From: Antedon mediterranea
Taxonomy: Eukaryota; Animalia; Echinodermata
Direction: 5' to 3'
DNA length: 64,000 nt
Assembly: GCF_964355755.1 (NCBI RefSeq)
Contig: NC_092670.1
Location: forward strand, 10,712,795-10,776,794
Every line of letters begins with the position of its first letter. The stretch's first letter is position 1. Below the pieces are notes generated by a model. That model was not told where the DNA came from and searched no databases. It worked only from the letters and a program-made list of their open reading frames with translations. Positions 37,565-50,100 of this stretch are shown here, in pieces. The position numbers were made by a program, and so were the translations under genes.

Positions 37565-38922
37565 TTCATTGTTCTTCGACTTGGTCCATAGAATATTAAA
37601 TGCATTTGAAAAAAGGGAATAGGCACTTACTACCTTTATGGATTTGTCAAAAGCGTTTGACATTATCGATTACAGTATTCTGTTGAGCAAATTGGCGCAT
37701 TATGGTATAAGAGGCATCGTTTTAATGTGGTTTAGAAACTATTTAAGTGGCCGCAAACAATATGTTTATGCCAATGGTAGATCATCATGTTTAAAAGACA
37801 CCAATATAGGGGTGCCACAGGGTTCTGTTTTAGGACCACTTTTGTTTTTAATTTACATCAATGATATAAGTCGAGCAAGTAGTAAAATAGATATAATTAG
37901 TTTTGCTGACGACACAACTTGTATAACAAGGGGAGATGACCCTACAATGTTAAACCATACTATGAATATTGAACTAGAAAAAATAAACGTATGGCTTAAA
38001 GCAAATAAGCTGTTACTGAATGTCAGCAAAACTAATTACGTTGTTTTTAGAACTAACCAAAAGTATTTTGACAAAAACCAGTTTAAAATAAAAATGAATA
38101 ATGTGTTATTACATAGAAAAGGAAATGTGACATTTCTAGGTGTAATTTTAATCGAAAATCTTAACTGGAAACATCACATACAGCTTATTAGGAAAAAAAT
38201 GTCTAGGGCAATATACTTTTAAAAGTAAGAGAATTCTTTCCTCATAAAGTCCGTATTAGTCTTTATAACACCTTAGTATTACCTCACCTTCAGTATGGTA
38301 ACTTAATATGGGGAAATACATACAAGAGCACGTTAGAAGTAATACTAAAACTCCAAAAGAGAGCTGTAAAATGCATTACCTTCTCTAAATTCAGACAAAC
38401 CTCAGAGCCACTGTTTAAGAAACTAAAATATTAAACGTTTATGATATTTACAAAGTAAACGTCATAGGATTTATGGCAAACGTAAAATTCAATGAATTAC
38501 CACATCACATTTTAAATATTTTTAATTACTCTGACAGTATTAGGCCTACTCATAACCTCAGAACAGAAACTGAATTCGAAATTCCCTTCACAAGACTAAC
38601 TTGCAGTCAACAGTTTATACACATATATGGACCAAAATTGTGGAAAGAATTCACTTGTAATGGTGGTAATAAACCGGTTATCTTAAAGAAACAAAATAAA
38701 TGTATAAAAAAACAGCTCAAAAAATACTTTTTATCACTATATGTTGATTAACAACACCTTTGTTTATTTAAGTTCTATATACTTGTTCTTATGTAAAGGG
38801 GTCCTACAAAAAAACGAAGCTACAGCTTTTTTATGCAGGATCCCTGTTTTCAGTTGTACTGTAATTATGATGTACTGTAATTGATGACTAAATAAATGTG
38901 GAATAAATGAAATGAAATGAAA
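37565..38922 (+). mobile_element. 5'-truncated L2/CR1-group LINE
   Basis: DLSKAFD, GVPQGSVLGPLLFLIYIND, FADD; frameshifted C-terminus; aataaa(tgaaa)n tail. Confidence 0.88.
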
Positions 38923-39430
38923 GCGTGGTTCCCACTAGCGACGCAACCGACGCAGCGTAACTAATGCCCTTTCAATAATTGTGTTTTCCTCCTAACCAGC
39001 TGGTTTATCCTGAAATATTTCAAAGTAAGTTGAAATCGTCTTTGTGCTGATTTCTTAACTTACTATTATTAATTTCAATAACCTGGATACTAAACAAGTC
39101 TGCAGTCAATACAGAATTTAATCAATGTCACCACTTTAATCAATAAGTTGTTCAATATTCCAATATTGAATCACCTCGATTCTTTGAATCTTCTTTTTTT
39201 CTTTCTATGAAATTTCATATATATGTATATTTCTATTACAGATTGCATATATAATATATATGATGAAGATGTTTAATAAAATTAACAAATAAATTATTAT
39301 TGTCCTATATTTAATTACTACTTTCAATATCTTTTTATGACTGTTTATACAAAACAGCTTACGATTCTCAAGCAACAATACTTTCAAGAAAAGAATCATT
39401 ATTTTCAAAATTGAAGGGAAAATCTTATAA

Positions 39431-40626
39431 AACTAGAAAGCCACTTCGAGAGTGCATACGTATCTCCGCCTACTGTAAAATTCTCCTACATAAGATTTCT
39501 CCGGGGATATATTTGTGTCTGTCTTAATGCTGTTTGTGATTGAGGCTAATTTCACAAGCATGTGTATGCGAGTTTGGTGTAATGGTTATGTAACAAGCCT
39601 TTCAATTAACAATAGCTTCAGTTAACATATTCCCCTTTTACACCAAAACTCCGGAGTGATTTCCGGAAACAACCCGGGGTTTATGACCGTTCAAAACGTC
39701 GAGAAACTCCGGATATACCCGTTCACACCAACCTAGCAACACCGGGGTTAATAAAATAAAATTGTAAATATCGCCCTCTATTTATTTGTTTATATAGCGA
39801 CGATCATTAGAATCATTTTAATTGACAATATTTTTAATTTAATAATTATTTTCAAAAGTCTCAGAAGTCATATAATGTTTTACTGTTACTACTTATTATT
39901 TTCTAGACCCGCTATATATTTTTTACAAATATTTAAAGTATTTTGAAATAATACTAATACAATGAGTGATCGTGTGAGGATGACCTAAAAACTCTGGAGT
40001 TTGATGTTGATACCTTTCACACCAAAACACCGGGGTGTCCCCGCAGTTAGCTCTCCGGAGATTGATCAGCTGTTCAAACCCGCAGTTTTAAACTCCGGAG
40101 TTGCTTGATTTTACCTTTCACACCGAGGCGTCAACTCCGGAGTCTCTCCGGAGTTTTGCTTTTGGTGTGAAAGGGATATAACAATAGAGCAGCAACGCGA
40201 AAATCACACGAGTGAATTTGAAAAGAAATAGGTTTTTTAAACTAATCGCATCAAAAAAGGTGCACATTAAATCAAAAGATTATAAATCACAAATTATAAT
40301 TCTTGCCTCTTGTACAAAAATGAAGTAGTTCTCACGAAAATGCAATTTCAGTTTACTTGTTACTTTAAGACTGCTCGCCGGCTTTTGAAAAATTCTGTCC
40401 TATCTTTTAACACTAGCAGTGTTTGAAAAGTCTGAAAAGTATATTAAAAAGTGGTCCAGAATTGGGACCATGGTCCCAAATGATCACAAAATGTAATGGA
40501 ATGGTCCTTGACCACATATCTATCTGTATATTTATTTTGGTAAATATCTGGTAATTACTTTTTGAGTAATCCTGCTAACAAACAAACACACGCGACGGAT
40601 TACATATACCTCCTTGGCGGAGGTAA
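39431..40626. mobile_element. HINE/pearl-like element carrying a nested Harbinger MITE
   Basis: actag...ctccgcc at one end; (acaa)n and acctccttggcggaggtaa at the other. Its 40260-40530 part occurs inverted at ~3370-3620 and ~50415-50665. Confidence 0.7.
39630..40178. mobile_element. Second Harbinger-derived MITE, opposite orientation to 35091-35640
   Basis: Reverse-complement similarity over the full length; same TIRs. Confidence 0.85.
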
Positions 40627-43600
40627 ACTAGATTTGAGCTTGTCACTTAGTTAAGTTAAAACAACAGCAACAACAACAATCATGTTAACGTGTGTGCACG
40701 TTTGTGTTTGTGTGAATAACCTAAGCGACAGGTTCAACTCAAGTTAGCGTTAAGTAATGGAATGCAACGCAAGAACGTAAGCGCAATACAAGCAGTTGAC
40801 CAATTAACAAGAGATAGTTCGAATAATCCATTGCTTGCGTTGCATTATACATTTGCGTAGTTTGTATTTATCTCCATTTGACAATAATATTTCACCACTG
40901 CAATCAATAAGTTGTTCAATATTCAATATTCGACTCTTTAAAATCTCTTTTAGATCATAAGACATGAGATAACTTAATAACATAATGTGATTTCCAAGAA
41001 GTTTCATATGTATATTTCTAATACAGACTGCATATTTATAATATATATGATGAAGATGTGTAACAAATACATTACTCTTTCAATCTCTTTTGATGATTGT
41101 TTACAGAACAAAAACAGCTACAACGATTTTCAAGCAACAATATTTAAAATGTCTTTCAAGTCAAGAATCATAATGGTATCACACTTTTCAAGATTGGAGG
41201 GTAAATCATTAGGGCGCAAATCCTATTAGGACGTTAGCGCAACGGATTATTCGAACTGTCGCTTGTCATTGGTCAACTCACGTTGTGTTTGCGCTTACGT
41301 CATTGCGTTGCGTCTTAGTTGGAACCATGCTTTAGGCTCAATGCTGACTAGATTTGAACTTCCGCGCAAACATAACGTGCACGTTAAAAATATGAACGCA
41401 GAGAAAATTGATTATACCATCCCTTGACCATTAATAAATATATTAAACGTGTTGAATTGTGTCTAGTCTGTGTCATATAGTATAAACAATACTACTACAT
41501 TGTAGCATAGGTGAAATTAGGAACGCAGTTAAATTCAAATTTTTTTAATGATGTCATCAAAATTAAACATGAATATAACAATTTTGGAAGATAATTATCT
41601 GGAGATCGAAGAAATTCGGGAACATAGAAGCGAGATGTGCGCTCTTTAGAATGTGATGAATTATAACGATAAAGATGAAAATCCCTCTTTTTAAATTCAG
41701 CTCAACCATATATGATGACGTCATACCGATAGGCAGCAAAATCATTTTATACATGAATTCGTATCTATTTCAATAGCATCTCTATTAATGATTTCCAAAA
41801 TAATGTTGCATTTGTTGATTGTGCAAGGTAAAATTACAATGTCATGTATTCAAATAGTATCCTAATAATGCAAGAAGTTTCGTTAGGTAAAAACAAACAG
41901 TACATTTTAGATTTAAAAGATGGCGGATTTTGTTGTGAATAAAATGAAGATGTTTTTGTTTTGAACAATTTTATTTCATTCTAATAAACATTTATTTCCT
42001 TCCTTTTTTCTTTTTTTTAGAATCATGACGATATCATGTAAAAAAAGTTGAATGGATTATTGATTATGGATTGACGTGCGGCCGTCATACGAACATAGGT
42101 TGCGGGTAAAATTACCCACAAAACTGGCGATTTCAAATGTACGTACCACCTATAATACATTGTCGTTTACAGAAACGAATAAATGATGATTTATGTAGTC
42201 AACTAAAATTAATACCATGGGAATTACTCCCGAAATAGAAACCTGTCACAAAATGAGTCCAAATGTTTGATTTGGACTCATTTAAACAAACCCAATTTGT
42301 GTTTTGTATGTAACATTATGGTTGAACGATGGGTACAAAGAGGAACATTTTTAAAATAAATTCTTTACACTCAGTAACGAAATATTTGTTCATGTTTTAT
42401 AGGCCTATAAAAATTATATCATTAAATACAGTAGAACATTTGCGATTTAATACTTGAAGGATGGGTACAAAGAGAAACAATTTTTACATATACTCTTTAT
42501 TCACTCAGTAACGAAACATTATGTTCATGTTTTATAAGCATATAAATATTACACCACTAAATACAGTAGAACATTTGTGAATTAATACTTTGTTAAAATC
42601 AGGGTTAAAACCCCACCATTCCTTTTACCGCAACTCCCCCCTCCCCCTTCTGACTTTGGGAATTTTTTTAATGTAGTTTAAAACCTTCACAGACAATTGC
42701 AGTCATTTTGATAGCCATGTATGGTTACGTGCAGAAACAGAAATTTGTATAACGAACAGAAAAATACAAAAAGTGGAAAAAAGGTTGGGAATTTTGACCC
42801 ATAACTTGTATTCAAGATGGCGGATGATGTTCAATACAGTTTAGAACCTTCCTGTACCATTATGGTAATTTTGATACCCCATATGTGTACAGTAACAACA
42901 ATGTGTATAACTAACATACAAACATCAAAGTACAAGCAGATTCATAAGTTAAATTCATACAAAAAGAATTGATCAAATTTTTGTTTTTTCTGAAAGTGAT
43001 TTTTGACGCTAATACATTCAAAGTTGAATTTTGTAGTTGTTTATTTGCTTTTTAATATTTATATACTTTTACCTTTACCTTGGAAAATACATTAGCATTC
43101 ATCTTGTGTTTCCTTATGTCACTAATTTCTTAGATCAAAACCAATATAATAAGATATATAATATGTAGGCCTACATTTATTGTAAGTTTTTATTTAATTT
43201 TTAATCATTTCAAAACAAGATTCAATTTAAAAACTATTGCAAATATCCATTGAAAATACTCCTAAAATTAGATTAAGATTTATGATTAGATATCAATTTG
43301 ATTTTATTAATTAAAAACAACAATAATAATAATGTTACTATTATGCATTTATTAGCATAGTTTTAAAATATTAATTAAATTCTTAATAAAATTAATAATT
43401 TTTTTACATTATATTATTTGGTATAATATTTAAAAATGATTAATAACAACAAATTCATTGTTACTATATTATATACTTTAAAATTCAAAATAAAAAATTC
43501 CATATAATAAATTTTAAACAAATCACAGTTGATATGACATTGACAATATATTGGTTATTAATGTTATAACATTTGGATTATTATATTAAAATAATTATTT

Positions 43601-43675
43601 AATGATAAGGCAAAATGATATTTAAAAGAAACAAAGAAGAATCTAAATTATTCAATAATTACAGATTCTGATTTG

Positions 43676-43900
43676 TTATGGTGCTCTTTTAACCATCATC
43701 CCTTCAAAAGCATTCCAGTTGATGCCTTTAGAATCATGTGTACCTGGTGTAAGGTAAAGCCTGTTCAGGTCTGAATCATGACAGCTTTTGTACCACCAAC
43801 CACATTTGTCTAAGGCCTCTATCAAAAGTATACAAGTTGATGCCAGTGTAATCAGCTGTACCTGGTGTAAGGTAAAGCCTGTTCAGGTCTGAAACATGAA
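43676..43900 (-). pseudogene. Two tandem variant FBG P-subdomain fragments directly after the stop of gene C
   Basis: HVSDLNRLYLTPGTADYTGINLYTFD, then DKCGWWYKSCHDSDLNRLYLTPGTHDSKGINWNAFEGMMVKRAP*. Confidence 0.8.
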
Positions 43901-43907
43901 CATTCTC

Positions 43908-44158
43908 TTATGGTGCTCTTTTAACCATCATCACTGTCTTCTTGAGACTGTTGTAATTACTATGGAAATGATACCAGCTGGTGCTTGTCACATCATTTGT
44001 ACCTGGTGTAAGGTAAAGGCCATTCAGGTTTGAATGATTACAGGCATTGTGCCACCAAGCACCTTTGTATAGCTCAGCACAGTTACTATGTCTATTCTTA
44101 TCATTGTCTCTATCATACGTTGTAAATTGGTGACCATTGCTGTATTCCAAAGAATCAC
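43908..44158 (-). CDS. Gene C exon 5 (FBG P-subdomain, stop)
   Basis: ttgtttag|GT GAT TCT; DSLEYSNGHQFTTYDRDND...GAWWHNACNHSNLNGLY...MMVKRAP*. Confidence 0.92.
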
Positions 44159-47100
44159 CTAAACAAACAAGATAATATTAGATCATCTTTAGTTTACTTC
44201 ATAAAATCTTAAATTAACATTCATTTTAAAATATTTGTTTTTCTTTGTGTTATAAAATAAAAGATATTTGATATACAAAAAGGGAAAATAATAATATACA
44301 GTATACCCTAAAATTCGTAATATATTTTATAATTGATTTCATTTATCTGTAAATTGTATGCCATAAATTAAATCATAGCACAATTATATAAATAGTTTTT
44401 TTTATATGTACTGTATATATATTTTTTATTAACTATTCTTATATCATAGTTGCTTTATTTTAATATTTTATATATTTTGTTTTGTCATAGTTAATTTTAC
44501 TTTAAAAGCAATGCATTTAATAATGAAGAAGAAAGAAGAAAACACAAGTTATATGAAACTGTACTAGATTCACACTATGATTTTTAATTTCAATTTCTTT
44601 AACTTTATTTTGTGTACTTTTAAATCAGAGTGGTCCTTAGTTGTTATAACTGGCTCCTTTTTGAGGGACCACTGTCTAAAAAATAACTTTAATGTGCGAG
44701 TGGGCTATGTTATTGTAAGGTACAAGGAGGATTTTTACAACAAAAATTATTTTGGGTAGAGAATTCTATAATTCTGTAGTTACTGGCAGTAATTATATTT
44801 TGTTATATCTAACCTGTTTGTGCAATTATTTAGCAAGCTTGTTTGGATATTAATCATACATATACTGTTGCATTGACTGCCTCATAAATGCCTACTACAT
44901 TAATCATACACATACTGTTGCATTGACTGCCTCATAAATGCCTACTACATTAATCATACACATACTGTTGCATTGACTGCCTCATAAATGTCTACTACAT
45001 TAAAACAAAAATCAGTAAATGTAGTTACTGCAGTAAATGCAGTATAATAATTTTAACATGATCTATTGATAAGATAAGTTGTTGTACTGTGGGTATGTGA
45101 ACATTTTAATAGATTCGTTTCAGGCCTGTAAGAAGGAATTGCGAAGTGGGAGGTCCATCCAAAAATGTACTTTATAGACAGTTTACATTCAAGATGATCA
45201 CCTTTGGGCTTTACATTATATTTGAGAAGCGACATCAATTGATAATCAAAAAGTATCAAATGATTATTATTTGTTGTTTAAACTTTTAAATATTGTGGTC
45301 TAATTATGACATGACTGGTGAAAACATGGGGCTATATGTCACAAAGGCGTAGAAGTTTTTTTTGCATGAGATTCACTTCAATATCATTATTAGAATTGTT
45401 TTGTTCCATTTTCAGATGTTTTTAGAAGCTTTTCTTTTAATGTTTGTCCAATTTCTTTAGCTTTAGTATGTTGCGTATACCGTTATTTTTAGTCCTACTG
45501 TATGGGCCTTGGCTATGATCCCGGATGTTTATAATATGGTGCCTTGTCAAGAAAAGCGGTCATCTATTTGACCTTTGTAATACAAAAAAATCAATATTTA
45601 AAAAAATTAATTTAAACGATCACAAAAGATCTGAAATATCTAAAGGTAACTTTACAGGTTTGATGGTCCTTGACATACAAAAGGCCTTTGATACAGTCAA
45701 CCATCAGATATTATTGCAAAAACTGGTTCATATGGGCATTGATAAAGAAGAAAGATTGCAAACAAATGACATCAGTAAATGGCGTTCAGTCCCAACCATG
45801 TACTATATCTAGCGGAGTTCCCCAAGGTAGCATTTTAGGACCTCTTTTTTATGTTATATGCTGAAGATACAATATTGAAGTCCAAATCTGGCATCATGTA
45901 ACAACTGGCTTATACTGTAAACAACAAACTATCATTACATCTTGATAAAACTGAGTCAATATTTTTTGGTACTAAAAGAAAACTTAAGAATGTTCTTGAT
46001 TTTGCTGTTATTTTTAAAACTAAGTTGATATGTAAGAAGAATATGATCTCATATCTTGGTTGTTTGCTTGATGAAGACCTGTCTGGAGAATCTATGGTTC
46101 AAAAAGTTCTTGGTAAGAATAATTCAGGACTTAAATTTTTGTATAGACATTCTGCATGTCTAAATTTCTTTTCTCGCAACATTCTATGCTCTGCACTCAT
46201 TACCTGTCACTTTGATTATGCATGTTGCTCCTGGTTTCCAGCTGTTTCTAAAAAACTTAAACAAAGACTTCAAAACAGTCAAAATAAAGTTGCTAGGTCT
46301 ATAAAATAAATATATAAATAATCGAGCACATATTGGTAAAGACGAACTGAACCAAATCGGTCAATTATTTTTAGAGGATAGAATTTGCCAACTCAAACTA
46401 AATCATGTTCATAAGATTTTTTATGGAAAATCTGTACCTTATTTGACTGAAAAGTTTAAAAGAGTTTCATCTAACCACCTTTATAGGACTAGAAGTAGTG
46501 TCAATGGTTTCAGTTCCTAAATCTGATAGTCAAATATCTCAAACTTTTTATTATACAGGCAAAAAATATCCACAAACCGTTTCAGATTTTCACCAACTGT
46601 AAGTTAATCTTTGAGAAAATTCTTTCCGATTTTTTCACACTCGATCCCAGGCCAACAATCGAACGGGCCCACCGAGATGGTAAAAGTATGAACGGTAAGC
46701 CAAGGCATATCATTGCCCGTTTTCTCTCATACGCTTCTAAGATTGAAGTTATGAAACAACGAAGTTCTGCGCTAGATAGCCAGAAATTTTATATCATAGA
46801 TGATCTTACTGCTGCCGATCTACTGGAAAAAAAGAAATGGAGATCACAAGTAAAAGAGATGTACAATAAAGGTACCAAGCTTCGTTTTACGGCTGGAAAA
46901 TGGCGAACTTCAACTGGCATTCCGGTAAACTTTTCGAAATTCCATTGAAATAGTTCCGGTAAACTTTTCGAAATTCCATTGCCATACTAGTGATCGGAAT
47001 GTTGTTGTAAACACTTGGACTGACTAAGAATCTTTTATCCATTATTTTCCTTACATCTGCATACTTTGCTTAATTTGTACAAGCCACTTGATTGATTTTA

Positions 47101-50100
47101 CATAATAATTTTACAATAGCGTTTTCAGGAGTCTGTTCTCACATAATTGCATTGTCATAAGATGTTTAAATCACTTAAAACCATTTATTCACCTTTGTTT
47201 TATTGTTACCCCCCAATTCTTAACTTGTTTCTTTATATTTACGTTCTTGTACTTTTCTGTTTTTACGTAACATTACCAGGCATCTTTTATTACATACTAT
47301 TGAATAAACTGATCACTACTTCCCAAAGCAGACCTAGTATTGATTTATGTAAGCTCCCTACGTATTTACCTGCTAATAAACCCCCTAATGTAAAAGAATG
47401 GGAAATGTACAATCAATTAAGAAAAGTTAAAGTAAAAAAGTCCCCGGGCCCTGATAATGTGCCTAACAGATTAATAAGAGATTTTGCATGCGAACTAAGC
47501 ATCCCTATGACTAATATCTTAAATGCCTCCCTCAGTGAGGGTCATGTCCCAACTATGTGGAAGGATGCTATTGTTACTCCGGTTCCCAAAGAAAATGGTT
47601 GTACTAGGGTTGACAAATTTCGACCAATCTCACTTACATGTATCCTAGCTAAGGTAGCTGAGGGCTTCATTAAAAAATGGCTCTTAACAGATATCGAGAA
47701 AAATCTTGATAACAACCAATATGGTTGCCGTAAACACTTTTCTACAACCCATAATTTGGTTGATCTACTAAATGTGTTCTATGAAGGTAGTAACATTCCC
47801 AAATCTGTTGGTCAGTTAGTTTTAACTGACTTTAGTAAAGCATTCGATTGTGTTGACCACACAATAGCAGTTTCTAAATTAGTAACACTTGGTTGTAGAC
47901 AACAAGTACGCTATAAATCCACCTTATCAATGAGTGTTAATCTAACATGTGGCGTCCCTCAAGGTACGCTCCTTGGGCCTATGATCTTTCTTGCTCTAAT
48001 TAATGATGCCATGCAAGACTCGCCATGTAAAACTTTGAAATATGTAGATGATTTGTGCATAGGACAGATAGTAAAAAAGGATGTAATTTCCTCAATTCAG
48101 AATGATGTTGCTTTACTGAATGTATGGTCTAATGAAAACAAACTAAAACTTAACCCAACTAAATGTAAAACTATGTATTTTAACTTTCAAAGAAATCAAT
48201 ATGAACATGAACCCCTTTTCATTGGTAATGCTACAATTGAAATCGTTAATGAAACTAAGTTACTAGGTTTATGGATACAAGCTAACCTCAATTGGGACCG
48301 TAACGTTAAAGAAATTGTATCCAAAGCCAGCAGACGTCTGCATATATTATGTAGATTAAGAAAGTTCAATCTTCCGAAATTTGATCTTGTAGATGTATTT
48401 AAGAGTTACATAAGACCAAGTGTTGAATATGCTGTCCCAGTATGGCATTCTAGTCTCACTAAGAAACAAAGTGATATGATAGAATCTGTCCAAAAAAGGG
48501 CTTGCAGAATAATATTGTGTAATGACTACATATGTTATGACCAAGCACTCAATGATCTTTCTTTAGACACTTTATCTGATAGAAGGCGTAACCTATGCTA
48601 TAAGTTTGCTCTGAATTGTTCAAAAAGTATTCATTTTGGAAAATGGTTTCCAGTGAAGAATGTAAGTAACATGAAACTACAGTAAGACGTGTAAAGTATC
48701 AACAACCCAAATGCAGAGTTGAAAGATATAGAAAAAGTGCAATACCATACCTTATCTCGCTTCTAAATGAATAATCAGTATATATCACCCAGTACAGCTT
48801 TGCGATTCTTATTGATGCTTTTAGGTGTTTTTTTCTTTTCTATTTTAATATTTTAAGCTAAACTTTTTGAATGTTCCTGTATTGTATTTCTTGTGTAAAT
48901 TGCCTCCTTTTTTATATTTTTTTATCATTGGTTTTGTACTTTTATACAAATTTTAATATTGAACAAATGTAAATGTCTTTGTAATTCAGCTAAGGCTGCG
49001 ATAATGATATTGAAATAAATGAAATGAAAAAAAAAAAAAATTATGTACCGAATTTAGCAAGCTTGTTTGGATATTAATCATACACATACTGTTGCCTCGA
49101 CTGCCTCATAAATGCCTACTACATTAATCATACATATACTGCTGCCTCGACTGCCTCATAAATGCCTACTACATTAATCATACACATACTGTTGCATTGA
49201 CTGCCTCATAAATGCCTACATTAATCATACACATACTGTTGTATTGACTGCCTCATAAATGCCTACTACATTAATCATACACATACTGTTGCATTGACTG
49301 CCTCATAAATGCCTACTACATTAATCATACACATACTGTTGCATTGACTGCCTCATAAATGCCTACTACATTAATCATACACATACTGTTGCATTAACTG
49401 CCTCATAAATGCCTACTACATTAATCATACACATACTGTTGCATTAACTGCCTCATAAATGCCTACTACATTAATCATACACATACTGTTACATTAACTG
49501 CCCCATAAATGCCTACTACAACATTAATCATAAACATACTGTTGCATTGACTGCCTCATAAATGTCTACTACATTAAAACAAACTAAAATCAGTAAATGT
49601 AGTTACTGCAGTAAATGCAGTATAATAATTTTAAAATTATACCTATTGAATGTCCTTTGACCTTGTGAGTTGTTGCATTACAGAATAGAAGTTGTTGTTG
49701 TACTGTGAGTGCATTTGAACATGTTAGATTTGTTTCAGGCCCGTAAGAACCAATTTTGAAGTGGGAGGTCATCCAAAAATTTACGTTATAGAGTGTTTAG
49801 AGAGTACTTTGCATTCACCTTTGGGCTTTACATTATGTGAGACGTGGATAATAAAAAAATATCAAATGATTAGTATTTGTTGTTTAAACTTTTAAATATT
49901 GTGGTCTAATTATGACATGACTGGTGAAAACATGGGGCTATTTCACAGAGGCGTAGAATTATTTTGCATGAGATTCACGTCAATATCATTATTAGAATTG
50001 TTTTGTTCTACTTTTCAGATGTTTTTAGAGGCTTTTCTTTAAACATTTGTCCAATTTCTTTAAGCTTTAGTATGTTGCATATACCGTTATTTTTAGTCCT

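Noticed and set aside
43676-48685. Diversity-generating retroelement (RT near a lectin with template-like repeats)
   Set aside because: The RTs are ordinary broken LINE ORF2s, and cassette-versus-exon differences involve all four bases rather than only adenines.
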